Of a stretch of DNA of 64,000 bases, positions 28,850 to 38,730 are shown one piece after another. This stretch comes from Candidatus Latescibacterota bacterium (GTDB taxonomy: Bacteria > Latescibacterota > UBA2968 > GCA-2709665): assembly GCA_965226795.1 (NCBI GenBank), contig CBDDDZ010000003.1, positions 320,001 through 384,000 of the forward strand. The letters run 5' to 3'. Both the position numbers and the translations under genes were made by a program. Below the pieces are notes generated by a model. It saw nothing but the letters and a program-made list of their open reading frames with translations, was not told the DNA's origin and did no database searches. How positions within the stretch are numbered: position 1 is the first letter of the stretch; each line of letters starts with the position of its first letter.

Positions 28850-29893
28850 ATGTACGACGTGGTAACCTTTGGGGAGGCGATGATCCGATTGTCGTCGCCG
28901 GGATACCGCCGGATCGAGAATTCCCCCACCCTGGACGTGGAGGTGGGCGGGGGCGAGTACAATGTGGCGGTGGCCTGCGCTCATTTGGGGCTGAACACGG
29001 CGTGGGTATCCCGGCTGGTGGACAATTGGACGGGATGGATCATTCGGAACAAGGGTCGGGAACACGGCGTGGACATGTCCAATATTCACTGGGTGGATTT
29101 CGATGGGGTCGGTGTCGAGCGGAATGGATTTTACCATCTCGAACTGGGCGTCGGGCCGCGGGCAAGCGCGGTGACTTACGACCGGGCGCATACGGCAATT
29201 TCCAGAATCGGGCCGGGCATGGTGGACTGGAAGTCCATTTTCAGTAGCACGAAATGGTTTCACGTCAGCGGCATCACGCCCGCGCTTTCGGACACCGCCG
29301 CGGATACGACACTGGAAGCCCTGGGGGCAGCCCGCGAGGCGGGGGTAACCACGAGCTATGACTTGAACTTCAGGTCGAAGCTGTGGAGTTCCGAAAAAGC
29401 CCGGGAAACCACCGGTAGGATCGTTCCGCTCGTAAAAGTACTGATTGGCAATGAAGAGGATTTCGAGAAGGTGCTTGGGTTGAACGCGGAGGGGTCGAAG
29501 GATGACTATAGTCGCCTGGATCCCGAAAGCTACAAGGATGTGGCGCGACGAGCGGTCGAACGTTATCCCAATGTGGACTACGTGGGCACAACGCTGCGGG
29601 TAGCAAAGACCGGACTGCTGAACGACTGGCGGACGCTTTTGTTCGACGGTGAGGCGTTCTACCTGTCTCGAATCTACGAGGATCTGGAAATGGTCGACCG
29701 CGTGGGCGGGGGCGACAGTTTCTCAGCCGGTTTGATCGCCGGATTGATCGAGGGGGGGGATCCCCAGGCGGCGGTGGATTTCGCAGGCGCGTATTCAGCG
29801 CTTGCCCACACCTTCCTGGGCGACGTAAACTGGGCGACCCGGGCGGAGGCGGAGTCCGCCATGAAGGGCGCGGCAGCCAGAATCAGGCGGTAG
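28850..29893 (+). CDS. kdgK: 2-dehydro-3-deoxygluconokinase (PfkB family)
   Basis: FGEAMIRL, GGGEYNVA, SGITPALS, DLNFRSKLWS, DRVGGGDSFSAG; adjacent to eda. Confidence 0.88.
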   Translation: MYDVVTFGEAMIRLSSPGYRRIENSPTLDVEVGGGEYNVAVACAHLGLNTAWVSRLVDNWTGWIIRNKGREHGVDMSNIHWVDFDGVGVERNGFYHLELGVGPRASAVTYDRAHTAISRIGPGMVDWKSIFSSTKWFHVSGITPALSDTAADTTLEALGAAREAGVTTSYDLNFRSKLWSSEKARETTGRIVPLVKVLIGNEEDFEKVLGLNAEGSKDDYSRLDPESYKDVARRAVERYPNVDYVGTTLRVAKTGLLNDWRTLLFDGEAFYLSRIYEDLEMVDRVGGGDSFSAGLIAGLIEGGDPQAAVDFAGAYSALAHTFLGDVNWATRAEAESAMKGAAARIRR

Positions 29894-29933
29894 TTGCGTC
29901 GCTCCCGATGGGACAGACAGAGGAGAGTATCCC

Positions 29934-30575
29934 ATGGCCGGTGTACTGGATCGAATTATCGACTGCGGTGTGGTGGCGGTACTGAGGGCGGATTCGCCTG
30001 CGGAACTGATGGATGTATCCAAAGCGCTGCGGGAAGGCGGCGTGGTTGCCATTGAGGTAACGATGACGGTGCCCGGGGCGCTCAAGGTCATTGAGGAAGC
30101 GTCGGCGAAAATGGAGGATACGATCGTGGGTGTCGGATCCGTCCTGGACCCGGAGACGGCGCGCGCGGCCATTCTGGCAGGCGCGGAGTACGTAGTCGGG
30201 CCCACATTGAATCTGGATGTTATCACGATGGCCAAGCGTTACGGAAAAGTGGTGATGCCGGCCGGGTTTACGCCCACTGAGATTCTCGCGGCATGGCAGG
30301 CCGGAGCCGACGTGGTGAAGGTGTTCCCTGCGGGCGTTGGCGGCCCGTCCTATTTTAAAGATGTGAAAGGTCCGCTGCCCCAGGTGCGGTTGATGCCGAC
30401 GGGCGGGGTAGACGCCAGGACGACCCCGGAGTTTATCAAAGCCGGTGCGTGCGCTGTGGGCGCCGGAAGCGCAATGGTGGATAAACGGGCGGTTGCAGAC
30501 AGGGATTGGCCCGCGTTGACGGCGACAGCCCGGGCGTTTGTGGACGCCGTTAAACAGGCGCGGGCAGAGATGTGA
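29934..30575 (+). CDS. eda: KDPG/KHG aldolase
   Basis: VAVLR, IEVTM, TPTEI, VKVFPA, MPTGGV. Confidence 0.93.
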   Translation: MAGVLDRIIDCGVVAVLRADSPAELMDVSKALREGGVVAIEVTMTVPGALKVIEEASAKMEDTIVGVGSVLDPETARAAILAGAEYVVGPTLNLDVITMAKRYGKVVMPAGFTPTEILAAWQAGADVVKVFPAGVGGPSYFKDVKGPLPQVRLMPTGGVDARTTPEFIKAGACAVGAGSAMVDKRAVADRDWPALTATARAFVDAVKQARAEM

Positions 30576-31510
30576 GCGCACTGGCCGTTGGCGTCGACCT
30601 GGGCGGAACCAATACCCGCGCGGGTCTGGTAACGGAAACTGGTGAGATCGCGGCGCGGTTCCGATGTCCCACCCGGCCCGATCTGGGCAGTGATCGTGTG
30701 ATTTCAGGAATTGCGATGTGCGTCCGGCAGGTGCTCCGGCAGACGGGCGGGATGAAAGTGCGCGGCGTGGGCGTTGGTGCCCCGGGTCCGCTGGATCCCT
30801 TTAATGGCATCATCATTTCTCCCGAGAACATGCCGTGCATGCACGGCGTACGTCTGAAAGACCGGCTGGAGACGGCGCTCGAAATGCCGGTAGTCGTGGA
30901 CAACGATGCAAATCTCGCGGCTTTTGGCGAGCAGTGGCAGGGCGCCGGCAGGAAGGCGCCTCATTTTTTGTGTGTGACGCTGGGCACCGGAGTGGGCGGT
31001 GGCTGGGTGTGCAACGGCGAGCTGATGCACGGGTTCAACGGGAATGCGGCGGAGGTGGGCCACATTACGATCGATTGGAACGGACCCCGTTGCCCATGCG
31101 GGAATTATGGCTGTCTGGAGCTCTACGTTTCCGCGACGGCGACGGTGAGGCGGGCGCGCGAACGATTGGAAACGGAAACGCCGGAAACCGTGCTGAACGC
31201 CGACGGCCTGACCACACAGGCGATTTTCGAAGCGGCGGAGGCGGGTGACCGGTTTGCCCGCGCCATATTTAAAGAGACGGGCACGTTACTGGGAATCGGG
31301 CTCGTGAGTCTGGTGAGTGTGACGAACGTGGAGGTGGTAGCGTTGTGCGGTGGGCTCGCGCGTGCAGGAGAATGGCTATTTGAGCCTGTCAGAAGGACCT
31401 TTCAGGAGCGCGGTACGGTCGGCGTGAAGGAGAGGGTGCGAATCGTGGCGGGTATGCTGGGCGACGACGCAGGGATTCTGGGTGCGGCAAGATTGGCGAG
31501 TGGAGCATGA
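30572..31510 (+). CDS. ROK family sugar kinase (glucokinase-like)
   Basis: GVDLGGT, DNDAN, TLGTGVGGG, EVGH...CPCGNYGCLE. Confidence 0.92.
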   Translation: MSALAVGVDLGGTNTRAGLVTETGEIAARFRCPTRPDLGSDRVISGIAMCVRQVLRQTGGMKVRGVGVGAPGPLDPFNGIIISPENMPCMHGVRLKDRLETALEMPVVVDNDANLAAFGEQWQGAGRKAPHFLCVTLGTGVGGGWVCNGELMHGFNGNAAEVGHITIDWNGPRCPCGNYGCLELYVSATATVRRARERLETETPETVLNADGLTTQAIFEAAEAGDRFARAIFKETGTLLGIGLVSLVSVTNVEVVALCGGLARAGEWLFEPVRRTFQERGTVGVKERVRIVAGMLGDDAGILGAARLASGA

Positions 31511-31513
31511 ATC

Positions 31514-32011
31514 GTGAGACGCGAGGCCTGGAACCGGAGACCAGCGAATCCGGATTGTGGGAGTCTGGCCGCAAAGATTCTGGCGTTCGTGGCGGCAACG
31601 GCGATTTCCGCGTGGGTCGTTCCGGCTGCCGCCGAAAGTTCGGATTCGACGGCCGTGGTCAGCGTCCGCGAGACCCGGCCCGCGCGAGGGGCGATGTTGC
31701 GGTCGCTGGCGCTGCCGGGCTGGGGGCAGTTTTATAACCGCCGTCCAATAAAGGGAAGCTTGATCGCCGCCGCGCAGGTGAGTTCCACGGTGGCTTTTTT
31801 TGTTCGCCGAGGACAATTGAATCGGCGCCCATCGGTCGATGCACCCTCGGAACGAAATGTCTTTCTGTATACCTCTATAGGACTTATCCTATTCAGTATG
31901 GGCGACGCGTATGTGGATGCGCACCTGGACCAGGTGGACTGGGGGGAGGTCCAAATCGAACCCGGCGAGGAAGGCTTGGAATTCCGCATGCGTTTCCGCA
32001 TCGAGTTTTGA
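31514..32011 (+). CDS. DUF5683-like membrane/exported protein
   Basis: RSLALPGWGQFYN..IKG and DAYVDAHL motifs. Confidence 0.75.
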   Translation: MRREAWNRRPANPDCGSLAAKILAFVAATAISAWVVPAAAESSDSTAVVSVRETRPARGAMLRSLALPGWGQFYNRRPIKGSLIAAAQVSSTVAFFVRRGQLNRRPSVDAPSERNVFLYTSIGLILFSMGDAYVDAHLDQVDWGEVQIEPGEEGLEFRMRFRIEF

Positions 32012-32047
32012 GCGGCACGACGGTACCTTCGCAGCCACGGAGACCGG

Positions 32048-33169
32048 ATGATGGATGGCGGGTTTCCACTCACCCGAATTGTGCGCGGTTTGCCCGCAAG
32101 CGTGCCGTTCGTGGGGCCTGAAGCGCTGGAACGTCGACGCGGAAAGGCCTTCAGGGTGAGGGTCGGGGCAAATGAAAGCGCTTTTGGGATTTCGCCGCGT
32201 GCGCGTGACGTGATGTTGCGGGCCATTGACCGGGTGAGTTGGTACAACGATCCGGAGAATTATGCAATCCGTGCCGCAATTGCCGGATTCCACGGAGTTC
32301 CGTTTGAAAACGTCAGCGTGGGCAGCGGAATCGATGACCTGCTGGGGCTTGTCGTGCGGGTTTTTGTGGAGCCCGGTGAGACGGTCGTGACATCCCTGGG
32401 GGCCTATCCAACGTTCAACTACCACGTGACGGGGTTCGGCGGCCACCTGCATTTCGTGCCTTACCGGGATGACAGAAATGACCTGGAGGGACTGGCTGAA
32501 GCTGCCGCGGCGACCGAAGCCCGGTTGGTGTATCTGTCCAATCCGGACAACCCCTCAGGCACCTGGCATACGTCGACGAATATCAGGGCATTTGAAAAAT
32601 CACTACCGGAACGGTGTCTGCTGATTCTGGACGAGGCGTATTCGGAATTCGCTACCCAGGACGCGCCATCGCCAATGGCGCCGATCCAGCCACGGGTCAT
32701 TCGCATGCGTACGTTCTCCAAGGCGCACGGGATGGCAGGGGCGAGGATCGGATATGCAGTTGCAGACGCAGTCGTAGTGGAAGCGCTTTCGAAGGTGCGG
32801 CACCATTACGGCGTGAATCGCGTCGCACAGGCGGGGGCGCTGGCCTCGCTTGAAGATTCGGCTTTCGTGGCGAACGTGGTAAACTCGGTTGTGGAAGGCA
32901 GGGCGGACTATGCGAGGCTGGGGGAAAGTCTCGGCTTGCCCACGCTGCCCTCAGCCGCGAATTTTGTGGCGTTCGATGCGGGAACGGCGCAACGCGCGAA
33001 TACGATTCTGGAAACACTGCAGAGGCACGGCGCATTTGTGCGCAAACCGGCGGCGGCGCCTCTGGACAGGTGTTTCAGGGTAACGGTGGGGACGCCGGCG
33101 GAGCGGCTGTTGTTCGCCGGGATATTGAGGTCTGTCCTTGGAGAACTATCGCGGGAGCGGTCCCCGTGA
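32048..33169 (+). CDS. Histidinol-phosphate aminotransferase-like PLP enzyme
   Basis: GANES, NPDNPSG, DEAY, RTFSKAHGMAGARIGY. Confidence 0.88.
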   Translation: MMDGGFPLTRIVRGLPASVPFVGPEALERRRGKAFRVRVGANESAFGISPRARDVMLRAIDRVSWYNDPENYAIRAAIAGFHGVPFENVSVGSGIDDLLGLVVRVFVEPGETVVTSLGAYPTFNYHVTGFGGHLHFVPYRDDRNDLEGLAEAAAATEARLVYLSNPDNPSGTWHTSTNIRAFEKSLPERCLLILDEAYSEFATQDAPSPMAPIQPRVIRMRTFSKAHGMAGARIGYAVADAVVVEALSKVRHHYGVNRVAQAGALASLEDSAFVANVVNSVVEGRADYARLGESLGLPTLPSAANFVAFDAGTAQRANTILETLQRHGAFVRKPAAAPLDRCFRVTVGTPAERLLFAGILRSVLGELSRERSP

Positions 33170-33281
33170 TCGCCTTTGAACCGAAGCTCTGCCCGCACGC
33201 GACCCCCCGGTGCTTTGAGATGCCCAAACGTGTCCGGAGAAACGCGTAAAACGGAAAATGAAATTCGGAAACGGTTACCTC

Positions 33282-33503
33282 GTGTTCTGTCCCGGAAATA
33301 GATTGCCGTAATTCGGCCGGTGAGTCGCCCGGCTCGCATCCTTCGACAGGCTCAGGAACCAGCGCCTGCGACCTGCGCACGGTCAGCGAGCGAGGGCACT
33401 TCGACAAGCTTGCTTCGACAGGCTCAGCACAGGCAGCGCAAGCAACGCAGCGAGACGGGATAAACCGGCGGACGAATGGTGACATATTTCTGGGACAGAA
33501 CAC
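33282..33503. mobile_element. MITE-like repeat family A, copy 3 (222 bp, with nested CTTCGACAGGCTCAG units)
   Basis: TIRs GTGTTCTGTCCCGGAAATA / TATTTCTGGGACAGAACAC, matching at 18 of 19 positions. Confidence 0.88.
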
Positions 33504-33520
33504 CAGCTGCGGAGGCGGAC

Positions 33521-34300
33521 ATGGACGAGCCAAAAACGTTGGATCTATTTCGGCTGGATGGTCGTGCAGCCCTGATTACCGGCGGATCGAAGGGCCTGGG
33601 AAGGGAAATGGCGCTGGCACTGGCCGAGGCGGGCGCCGCAACCATGGTATGTTCGAGAAACGGGGCGGACTGCGAATCGGTTGCGGCGGAAATCGCGGCA
33701 CAGACGGGGCGGGAGAGCCTGGGGCTGGCCGTCGACGTGACAGTGGAAGAGGACGTGGCCCGCCTGATGCAAGTCGTTACGGATCGCTTTGGGCGGCTGG
33801 ATGTTCTGGTCAACTGCGCGGGAATCAACATCCGGCATCCCATCGATCGTTTTCCCGTCGATGAATTCAGACAGGTAATCGATACCAATCTGACCGGATC
33901 CTGGCTTTGCTGCAGGGCCGCGGGGTCGATAATGACGTCTCAGAAAAGCGGATCGGTGATTAACGTGGGGTCGACGCTGAGCGCCGTAGGCCTGGCCGAA
34001 CGCTCGGCATACTGTTCGTCCAAGGCCGGGATCGCCGGACTGACCCGGGCGCTCGCGCTGGAATGGGCGCCGTTCGGGGTGCGGTGCAACGCGCTTTGCC
34101 CCGGGCCGTTTCTCACAGAGATCAACAGGCCGCTTTTGAAGACACCCGACAAGGTAAAGAGTCTGCTCAGCCAGACGGCGTTCAATCGCTGGGGCGAATT
34201 GCGCGAGATCCGTGGCGCAGCGCTGTTTCTCGCCAGCGACGCATCGACTTATATGACGGGAACATCGTTGTTTGTAGACGGCGGATGGACTGCTCGCTGA
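33521..34300 (+). CDS. SDR family oxidoreductase (gluconate 5-dehydrogenase/KduD-like)
   Basis: TGGSKGLG, NCAG, YCSSK, ALFLASDASTYMTG..LFVDGG; GGAGG RBS. Confidence 0.9.
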   Translation: MDEPKTLDLFRLDGRAALITGGSKGLGREMALALAEAGAATMVCSRNGADCESVAAEIAAQTGRESLGLAVDVTVEEDVARLMQVVTDRFGRLDVLVNCAGINIRHPIDRFPVDEFRQVIDTNLTGSWLCCRAAGSIMTSQKSGSVINVGSTLSAVGLAERSAYCSSKAGIAGLTRALALEWAPFGVRCNALCPGPFLTEINRPLLKTPDKVKSLLSQTAFNRWGELREIRGAALFLASDASTYMTGTSLFVDGGWTAR

Positions 34301-34330
34301 AGCGAACGTTCGGAGTCCGGATGGAGACCT

Positions 34331-34394
34331 GGTGCAGCGCAACAGACGGGATGAACCGGCGGGAGAACGGTGACATATTTCCAGGAAAGGACAT
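34331..34394. repeat. MITE-like repeat family A, copy 4 (degenerate right half)
   Basis: AGACGGGATGAACCGGCGGGAGAACGGTGACATATTTCCAGGAAAGGACA matches the right ends of copies 2 and 3. Confidence 0.7.
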
Positions 34395-34410
34395 TGGAGT
34401 GGGATGGTCA

Positions 34411-35508
34411 ATGGAATTTATCCTGAAGAAGTTTTCACGATGGGCGGTCAGGCTGGTTTTGGGAAGCGTGATGCTGGCGGGCGTCCCGAGTGCCGGGCAG
34501 GGGCCGCCGTTCTACGAGGATAAGATGAAGATGCTGGTCTACGTGGATGCAGAGGGCACGGAGCGGACGGTAACGAACGCGGAGGACTGGAAGAATCGGC
34601 GGGCGCATATTCTGGCGAATATGGAAAAGGTAATGGGACCCCTTCCCGACCGTTCCAACATTCCTGCTCTGGAAATGGAGGTGGTGAGTACCGAGGACCT
34701 GGGCGACGTGACGCGGAAGAAGATCACGTTCGTGTCGGAACCGGGGGATCGCGTGCCGGCGTACCTGCTGGTCCCGAAGGGCTTGAACGGAAAGGCGCCT
34801 GCAATGTTGTGCCTGCATCAGACAACGAAGATCGGGAAGGGAGAACCCGCGGGAGTCGGCGGGAACCCCGATCTGCACTATGCGATGGAACTTGCCCGGA
34901 GAGGTTACGTAACGCTGGCGCCGGACTACGTGAATTTTGGAGAGTACGAATTCGACCCATATCAAAATGGTTACGTCAGCGCCACGATGAACGGGATCTG
35001 GAACCACATGCGGGCAGTCGACCTGCTGCAGTCGCTGCCGGAAGTGGATGCCCGGCGGGTCGGAAGTATCGGGCATTCCCTGGGCGGTCACAATTCCATG
35101 TTTCTGTCCGCATTCGATCCTCGGTTAAAGGTCGTAGTATCCAGTTGCGGTTTTAATTCGTTCTTCAAATATTACAATGGCGACCTGACGGGCTGGAGCC
35201 ATCGGGGTTATATGCCCCTCATTTCAGAACGGTACGGCAAAGATCCGAAGCAGATGCCGTTCGACTTTACTGAGGTGGTTGCCGCCCTCGCGCCGCGGGG
35301 TTTTTTCATCAACGCACCCGCGCGAGACGGCAATTTTGAAGTATCCGGTGTGAAAGACTGTGTCCGGGCGGCCGCGCCTGTCTACACGTTGCTGGGCGCC
35401 TCCGACCGCCTGCTTGCGGTACATCCCGACGCGGAGCACGCGTTTCCGCCGGATATCCGCGAGCAGGCATATGCGTTTGTGGATGAAGTATTGAAAGCCG
35501 GTGATTAG
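34411..35508 (+). CDS. Secreted alpha/beta hydrolase (dienelactone hydrolase/acetylxylan esterase-like)
   Basis: Signal-peptide-like N-terminus; VPAYLLVP, GHSLGG nucleophile elbow, HAFP. Confidence 0.85.
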   Translation: MEFILKKFSRWAVRLVLGSVMLAGVPSAGQGPPFYEDKMKMLVYVDAEGTERTVTNAEDWKNRRAHILANMEKVMGPLPDRSNIPALEMEVVSTEDLGDVTRKKITFVSEPGDRVPAYLLVPKGLNGKAPAMLCLHQTTKIGKGEPAGVGGNPDLHYAMELARRGYVTLAPDYVNFGEYEFDPYQNGYVSATMNGIWNHMRAVDLLQSLPEVDARRVGSIGHSLGGHNSMFLSAFDPRLKVVVSSCGFNSFFKYYNGDLTGWSHRGYMPLISERYGKDPKQMPFDFTEVVAALAPRGFFINAPARDGNFEVSGVKDCVRAAAPVYTLLGASDRLLAVHPDAEHAFPPDIREQAYAFVDEVLKAGD

Positions 35509-35577
35509 CGGTAGGAACGCGCATTCATCGGAAACTGAACTGCTGCCAACCGGAGCGTTAACCGGTGGGGAGAAAAA

Positions 35578-36912
35578 ATGGCCGATCTGAAACTGGAAAG
35601 AATCGAGCGCTGGGCACCGCATCCTTCTGCCGCGCCGTTGACCGAGCGGGGCGGAAATACGTTCGCGGCGGCTGCCAATGGAACACGGACCTGCGTGGGC
35701 GGGTGGCAGGCGGTATTCTCGGGGGTCGAACCGGGTCGGACGCTCCGGGCGACCTGGGAGGTGGATTACAGGGCACTCGAACACCCGAGGGACACGCTGC
35801 GCTGCAAATCCTATTGGGGAGAGATGCCGCCGGACAACGCGACAGTACGTACAAATGAAATTCAGGGATGGGACTACCTGCTGCCGGAGCCTGTCGGAAC
35901 GGGAACGATCCGGTTTTCCCGGACGTTCACTGCACCCGAAGGGGTCAGCCGGTTGACGTTGCGCTGCACGTTCCGGTGGGCAACCGCGGGTGAGTCCGAG
36001 TGGCATCTGCCCGAGGTAAAGGTTGTCGAGGCGCCGGAGATGCCCACGGCGATAAAGGTGGCGGTGGTAACCGGCAAGGCGGGATCGCGGAAGGGACCTT
36101 TTACCACGGTTGCCGAAAATATCGACTATTATCTGCCGCTGTGCGAGGCGGCGTGCGAAACGGGGCCGGACCTGATTGTTTTGCCGGAAATCGCCCTGCA
36201 GTGGGGGATTTCAGGGAGTCCCATCGATCTGGCGGTACCGTTGCCAGGCCCGGAAACGGAACCGTTTTCGGATCTTGCCCGCCAACACGGGCTGTACCTG
36301 CTGCTGGGCCTGATTGAGCGAGATGGCGACGCGGTTCACAATACCGCGGCGCTCATCGGGCCGGACGGGGCGGTGGATGGCAGGTATCGAAAGGTGCATC
36401 TGGCCGTGGGTGGCGAGAGCGAATCCGGGATTCTTCCCGGTGACGGGTTTCCAATGTTCGATACGGTAATCGGACGCATCGGATGCAATATCTGTATGGA
36501 CAGCTCGGCCGCGGAATCCTCACGGATGGTGGGATTGAGCGGAGCGGACTTCCTCCTGTTGCCAATCATGGGCGATCACCGCGCCAGCAGGTGGAGTCCG
36601 GGATCGCCGATCTTCAGCGAGGACCGCTGGAAGGCCATCATGCGAACCCGAGCAATGGACAATCAGGTGTGTATGGTGGTTGCACGGAATACGACGCAGG
36701 GCAGCTGTATCGTGGATAGAAAGGGCGACATCCTGGCGTGGAACGAGGGAGATTGCGACCATATTCTGGCAATGGTGGATCTGGCGGACGGGTTTCGGAC
36801 CTGGAATGGGGGGTGCTTCAGGGAGGTGAACTGGATGCAGCGCCGTCCGCATCTTTATGAGGCTTACAGCGACGAGTCAAACCGGGGGTCGTTGACAGCC
36901 TCGGTGTATTAG
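35578..36912 (+). CDS. Carbon-nitrogen hydrolase with ~150-aa N-terminal extra domain
   Basis: Catalytic triad motifs VLPE, YRKVHL, ICMD; RAMDNQV. Confidence 0.88.
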   Translation: MADLKLERIERWAPHPSAAPLTERGGNTFAAAANGTRTCVGGWQAVFSGVEPGRTLRATWEVDYRALEHPRDTLRCKSYWGEMPPDNATVRTNEIQGWDYLLPEPVGTGTIRFSRTFTAPEGVSRLTLRCTFRWATAGESEWHLPEVKVVEAPEMPTAIKVAVVTGKAGSRKGPFTTVAENIDYYLPLCEAACETGPDLIVLPEIALQWGISGSPIDLAVPLPGPETEPFSDLARQHGLYLLLGLIERDGDAVHNTAALIGPDGAVDGRYRKVHLAVGGESESGILPGDGFPMFDTVIGRIGCNICMDSSAAESSRMVGLSGADFLLLPIMGDHRASRWSPGSPIFSEDRWKAIMRTRAMDNQVCMVVARNTTQGSCIVDRKGDILAWNEGDCDHILAMVDLADGFRTWNGGCFREVNWMQRRPHLYEAYSDESNRGSLTASVY

Positions 36913-36957
36913 GACGTCATCCAAAATCTCCCTTCTTCTCAAAAGGGAATGGAGGAA

Positions 36958-37002
36958 ACACCAGAAGCGCCGGGCGAGACATCCGCCGGGCGCTTCTGGT
37001 GT
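36958..37002. terminator. Strong hairpin between convergent genes
   Basis: Perfect 14-bp inverted repeat ACACCAGAAGCGCC/GGCGCTTCTGGTGT. Confidence 0.6.
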
Positions 37003-37778
37003 CAGGCCGGTTCTCTATGTTTGAACAACAGAATGCCCGCGGCAACGGCCACATTAAGAGAATTCGTGCCTGCAGCCATGGGTATGGAAACGGTCTGGTG
37101 AACGCGGCGCTGGAGATCCGGGTCGACGCCGACGGTCTCGTTGCCGAACAGAAAGGCGACGCGGCCTTTCTGTGTGATCTTGTAGAATGGCGTACCCTGG
37201 AGTTGGGTGGAAAGAATGTAGACACCCCGCTGCCGGAGGTCCCGGATCAGCGTGGATAGATCCTCGTTTCGAAAAACGGGAAGGCGAAAAATGGAACCAC
37301 GGGAGGCGCGCACAACTTTGGAATTGTAGAGTTCGACGGAACCCGTTGACAGGAAAACGGCGGCCGCGCCGGCGGCCTCGGCGGTGCGGAGAACCAGGCC
37401 GAGGTTGTTGGGGTCGCGCAACCGGTCGAAAAGAAGGAGAGGGCCGCTTGAGTCCAGGGCCTCATCCCGGTTTCGCGCCAGGAATCGCACCACGCCCAGC
37501 ACGCCTTCGGGATTCTGATGTTCGCCCATATTTCTGATCGCGCGACGGTCTGTCTGTTGCACGGATATTTCACGGAACGTAGCCTCGCGGCGAAACTGCT
37601 GCAGGCGTTTGTCGACCTTGAGGATATCCCGGTCGAAGATCAGTTGCTCGATGGGAGCGTCTGACTGGAGGGCTTCTTCGACAAGGCGAATGCCTTCGAT
37701 AACGAATTGACCTTCGCGGTCTCGCGCCTTGCGGTTCCTGATTAGCGCAAGGATCTTGCGCGCGTTTTTTACGGGCAT
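37002..37778 (-). CDS. TrmH/SpoU family RNA methyltransferase
   Basis: FVIEG.RLV.EA, DPNNLG..LRTA, FGNE..G, IPM....SLNVAVA. Confidence 0.93.
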   Translation of the reverse strand: MPVKNARKILALIRNRKARDREGQFVIEGIRLVEEALQSDAPIEQLIFDRDILKVDKRLQQFRREATFREISVQQTDRRAIRNMGEHQNPEGVLGVVRFLARNRDEALDSSGPLLLFDRLRDPNNLGLVLRTAEAAGAAAVFLSTGSVELYNSKVVRASRGSIFRLPVFRNEDLSTLIRDLRQRGVYILSTQLQGTPFYKITQKGRVAFLFGNETVGVDPDLQRRVHQTVSIPMAAGTNSLNVAVAAGILLFKHREPA

Positions 37779-37817
37779 AGGTAGTTTGAGACGACGGACT
37801 TCGGATCGACGTACCGT

Positions 37818-37988
37818 CTATTGGTGTTCGCCCGAATCGGACTCGGCTTCCCGGTTGCCGATGGATTCGCGTAGTGCCTGGAGTTCGGTCCATATCTCAC
37901 GTTCGCGACGGCCGAGGCCCAGGAAATAGATGAGTATCACCGCCCATATAATGGCGTAGGCGGCGGCCATGTAACCGAGGTGTTGCAT
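37818..37988 (-). CDS. ccmD: Heme exporter protein CcmD (56 aa; absent from the ORF track)
   Basis: Translated by hand: MQHLGYMAAAYAIIWAVILIYFLGLGRREREIWTELQALRES...; GGAGG RBS; immediately after ccmC. Confidence 0.85.
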   Translation of the reverse strand: MQHLGYMAAAYAIIWAVILIYFLGLGRREREIWTELQALRESIGNREAESDSGEHQ

Positions 37989-38015
37989 AACGATCCTCCG
38001 GAAGCTCCAGACAGG

Positions 38016-38729
38016 TCAGCCCGAGATATGCTGAACCTGCGTTGACGTAACGCGCGCCTCGGCCTTCAGGGATTCGAGTTCGTCCCGGGCAAGTTCGAGC
38101 GAGACGCGTCTGGCCAGAATGGCGGCGAAGAGCACAATGAACACGGCGGCGCAGAAGACGAACGCAAACAGCATGTCTGGCGGGAGTCCAATTTTCTCAG
38201 CCCGAACGACCTCGGGATGCTGGGTGCGCCACAGCCGCGTTGAGTAATGGATGAGTGGGGCGTCAAGAAAGCCGATGATACCCAGTACAGCCCGGAACCT
38301 GGCGCTCTGCAAGGGGTCTTCACTGTAACTCTTCAACATCATGTAGGCGACAAAAATAAGCCAGAGGACCAGAGTGAGGGTCAACTGAGCGTCCCACACC
38401 CACCAGGCGCCCCAGACGGGTTTCGCCCAGATGGGGCCGGTGAGAAGCACGAGCGTGCAGAAGAGGAGACCGACTTCGGCGGCGCACGCAGCCCATATGT
38501 CCCACCGTTTTTCCCTTCGAACGAGATACAGAATGCTGAAGACGAAAACGAGGAAAAAAGCGGCGTACATCGCGAAGGCCGAAGGCACGTGAAAATAGAA
38601 TATTTTCTGAGCGAGGCCCATTTGCCTTTCCATGCTTGCGTACACGAGGGCAAGGTAGGGCGCAACCAGCATACCAATCAGCGCCAGGACGCCGAAGATA
38701 CGGGACCAAAGGTACAGCCGTTTCCCCAT
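38016..38729 (-). CDS. ccmC: Heme exporter protein CcmC
   Basis: IFYFHVP, Trp-rich TGPIWAKPVWGAWWVWD, WRTQHP. Confidence 0.95.
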   Translation of the reverse strand: MGKRLYLWSRIFGVLALIGMLVAPYLALVYASMERQMGLAQKIFYFHVPSAFAMYAAFFLVFVFSILYLVRREKRWDIWAACAAEVGLLFCTLVLLTGPIWAKPVWGAWWVWDAQLTLTLVLWLIFVAYMMLKSYSEDPLQSARFRAVLGIIGFLDAPLIHYSTRLWRTQHPEVVRAEKIGLPPDMLFAFVFCAAVFIVLFAAILARRVSLELARDELESLKAEARVTSTQVQHISG

Positions 38730-38730
38730 A

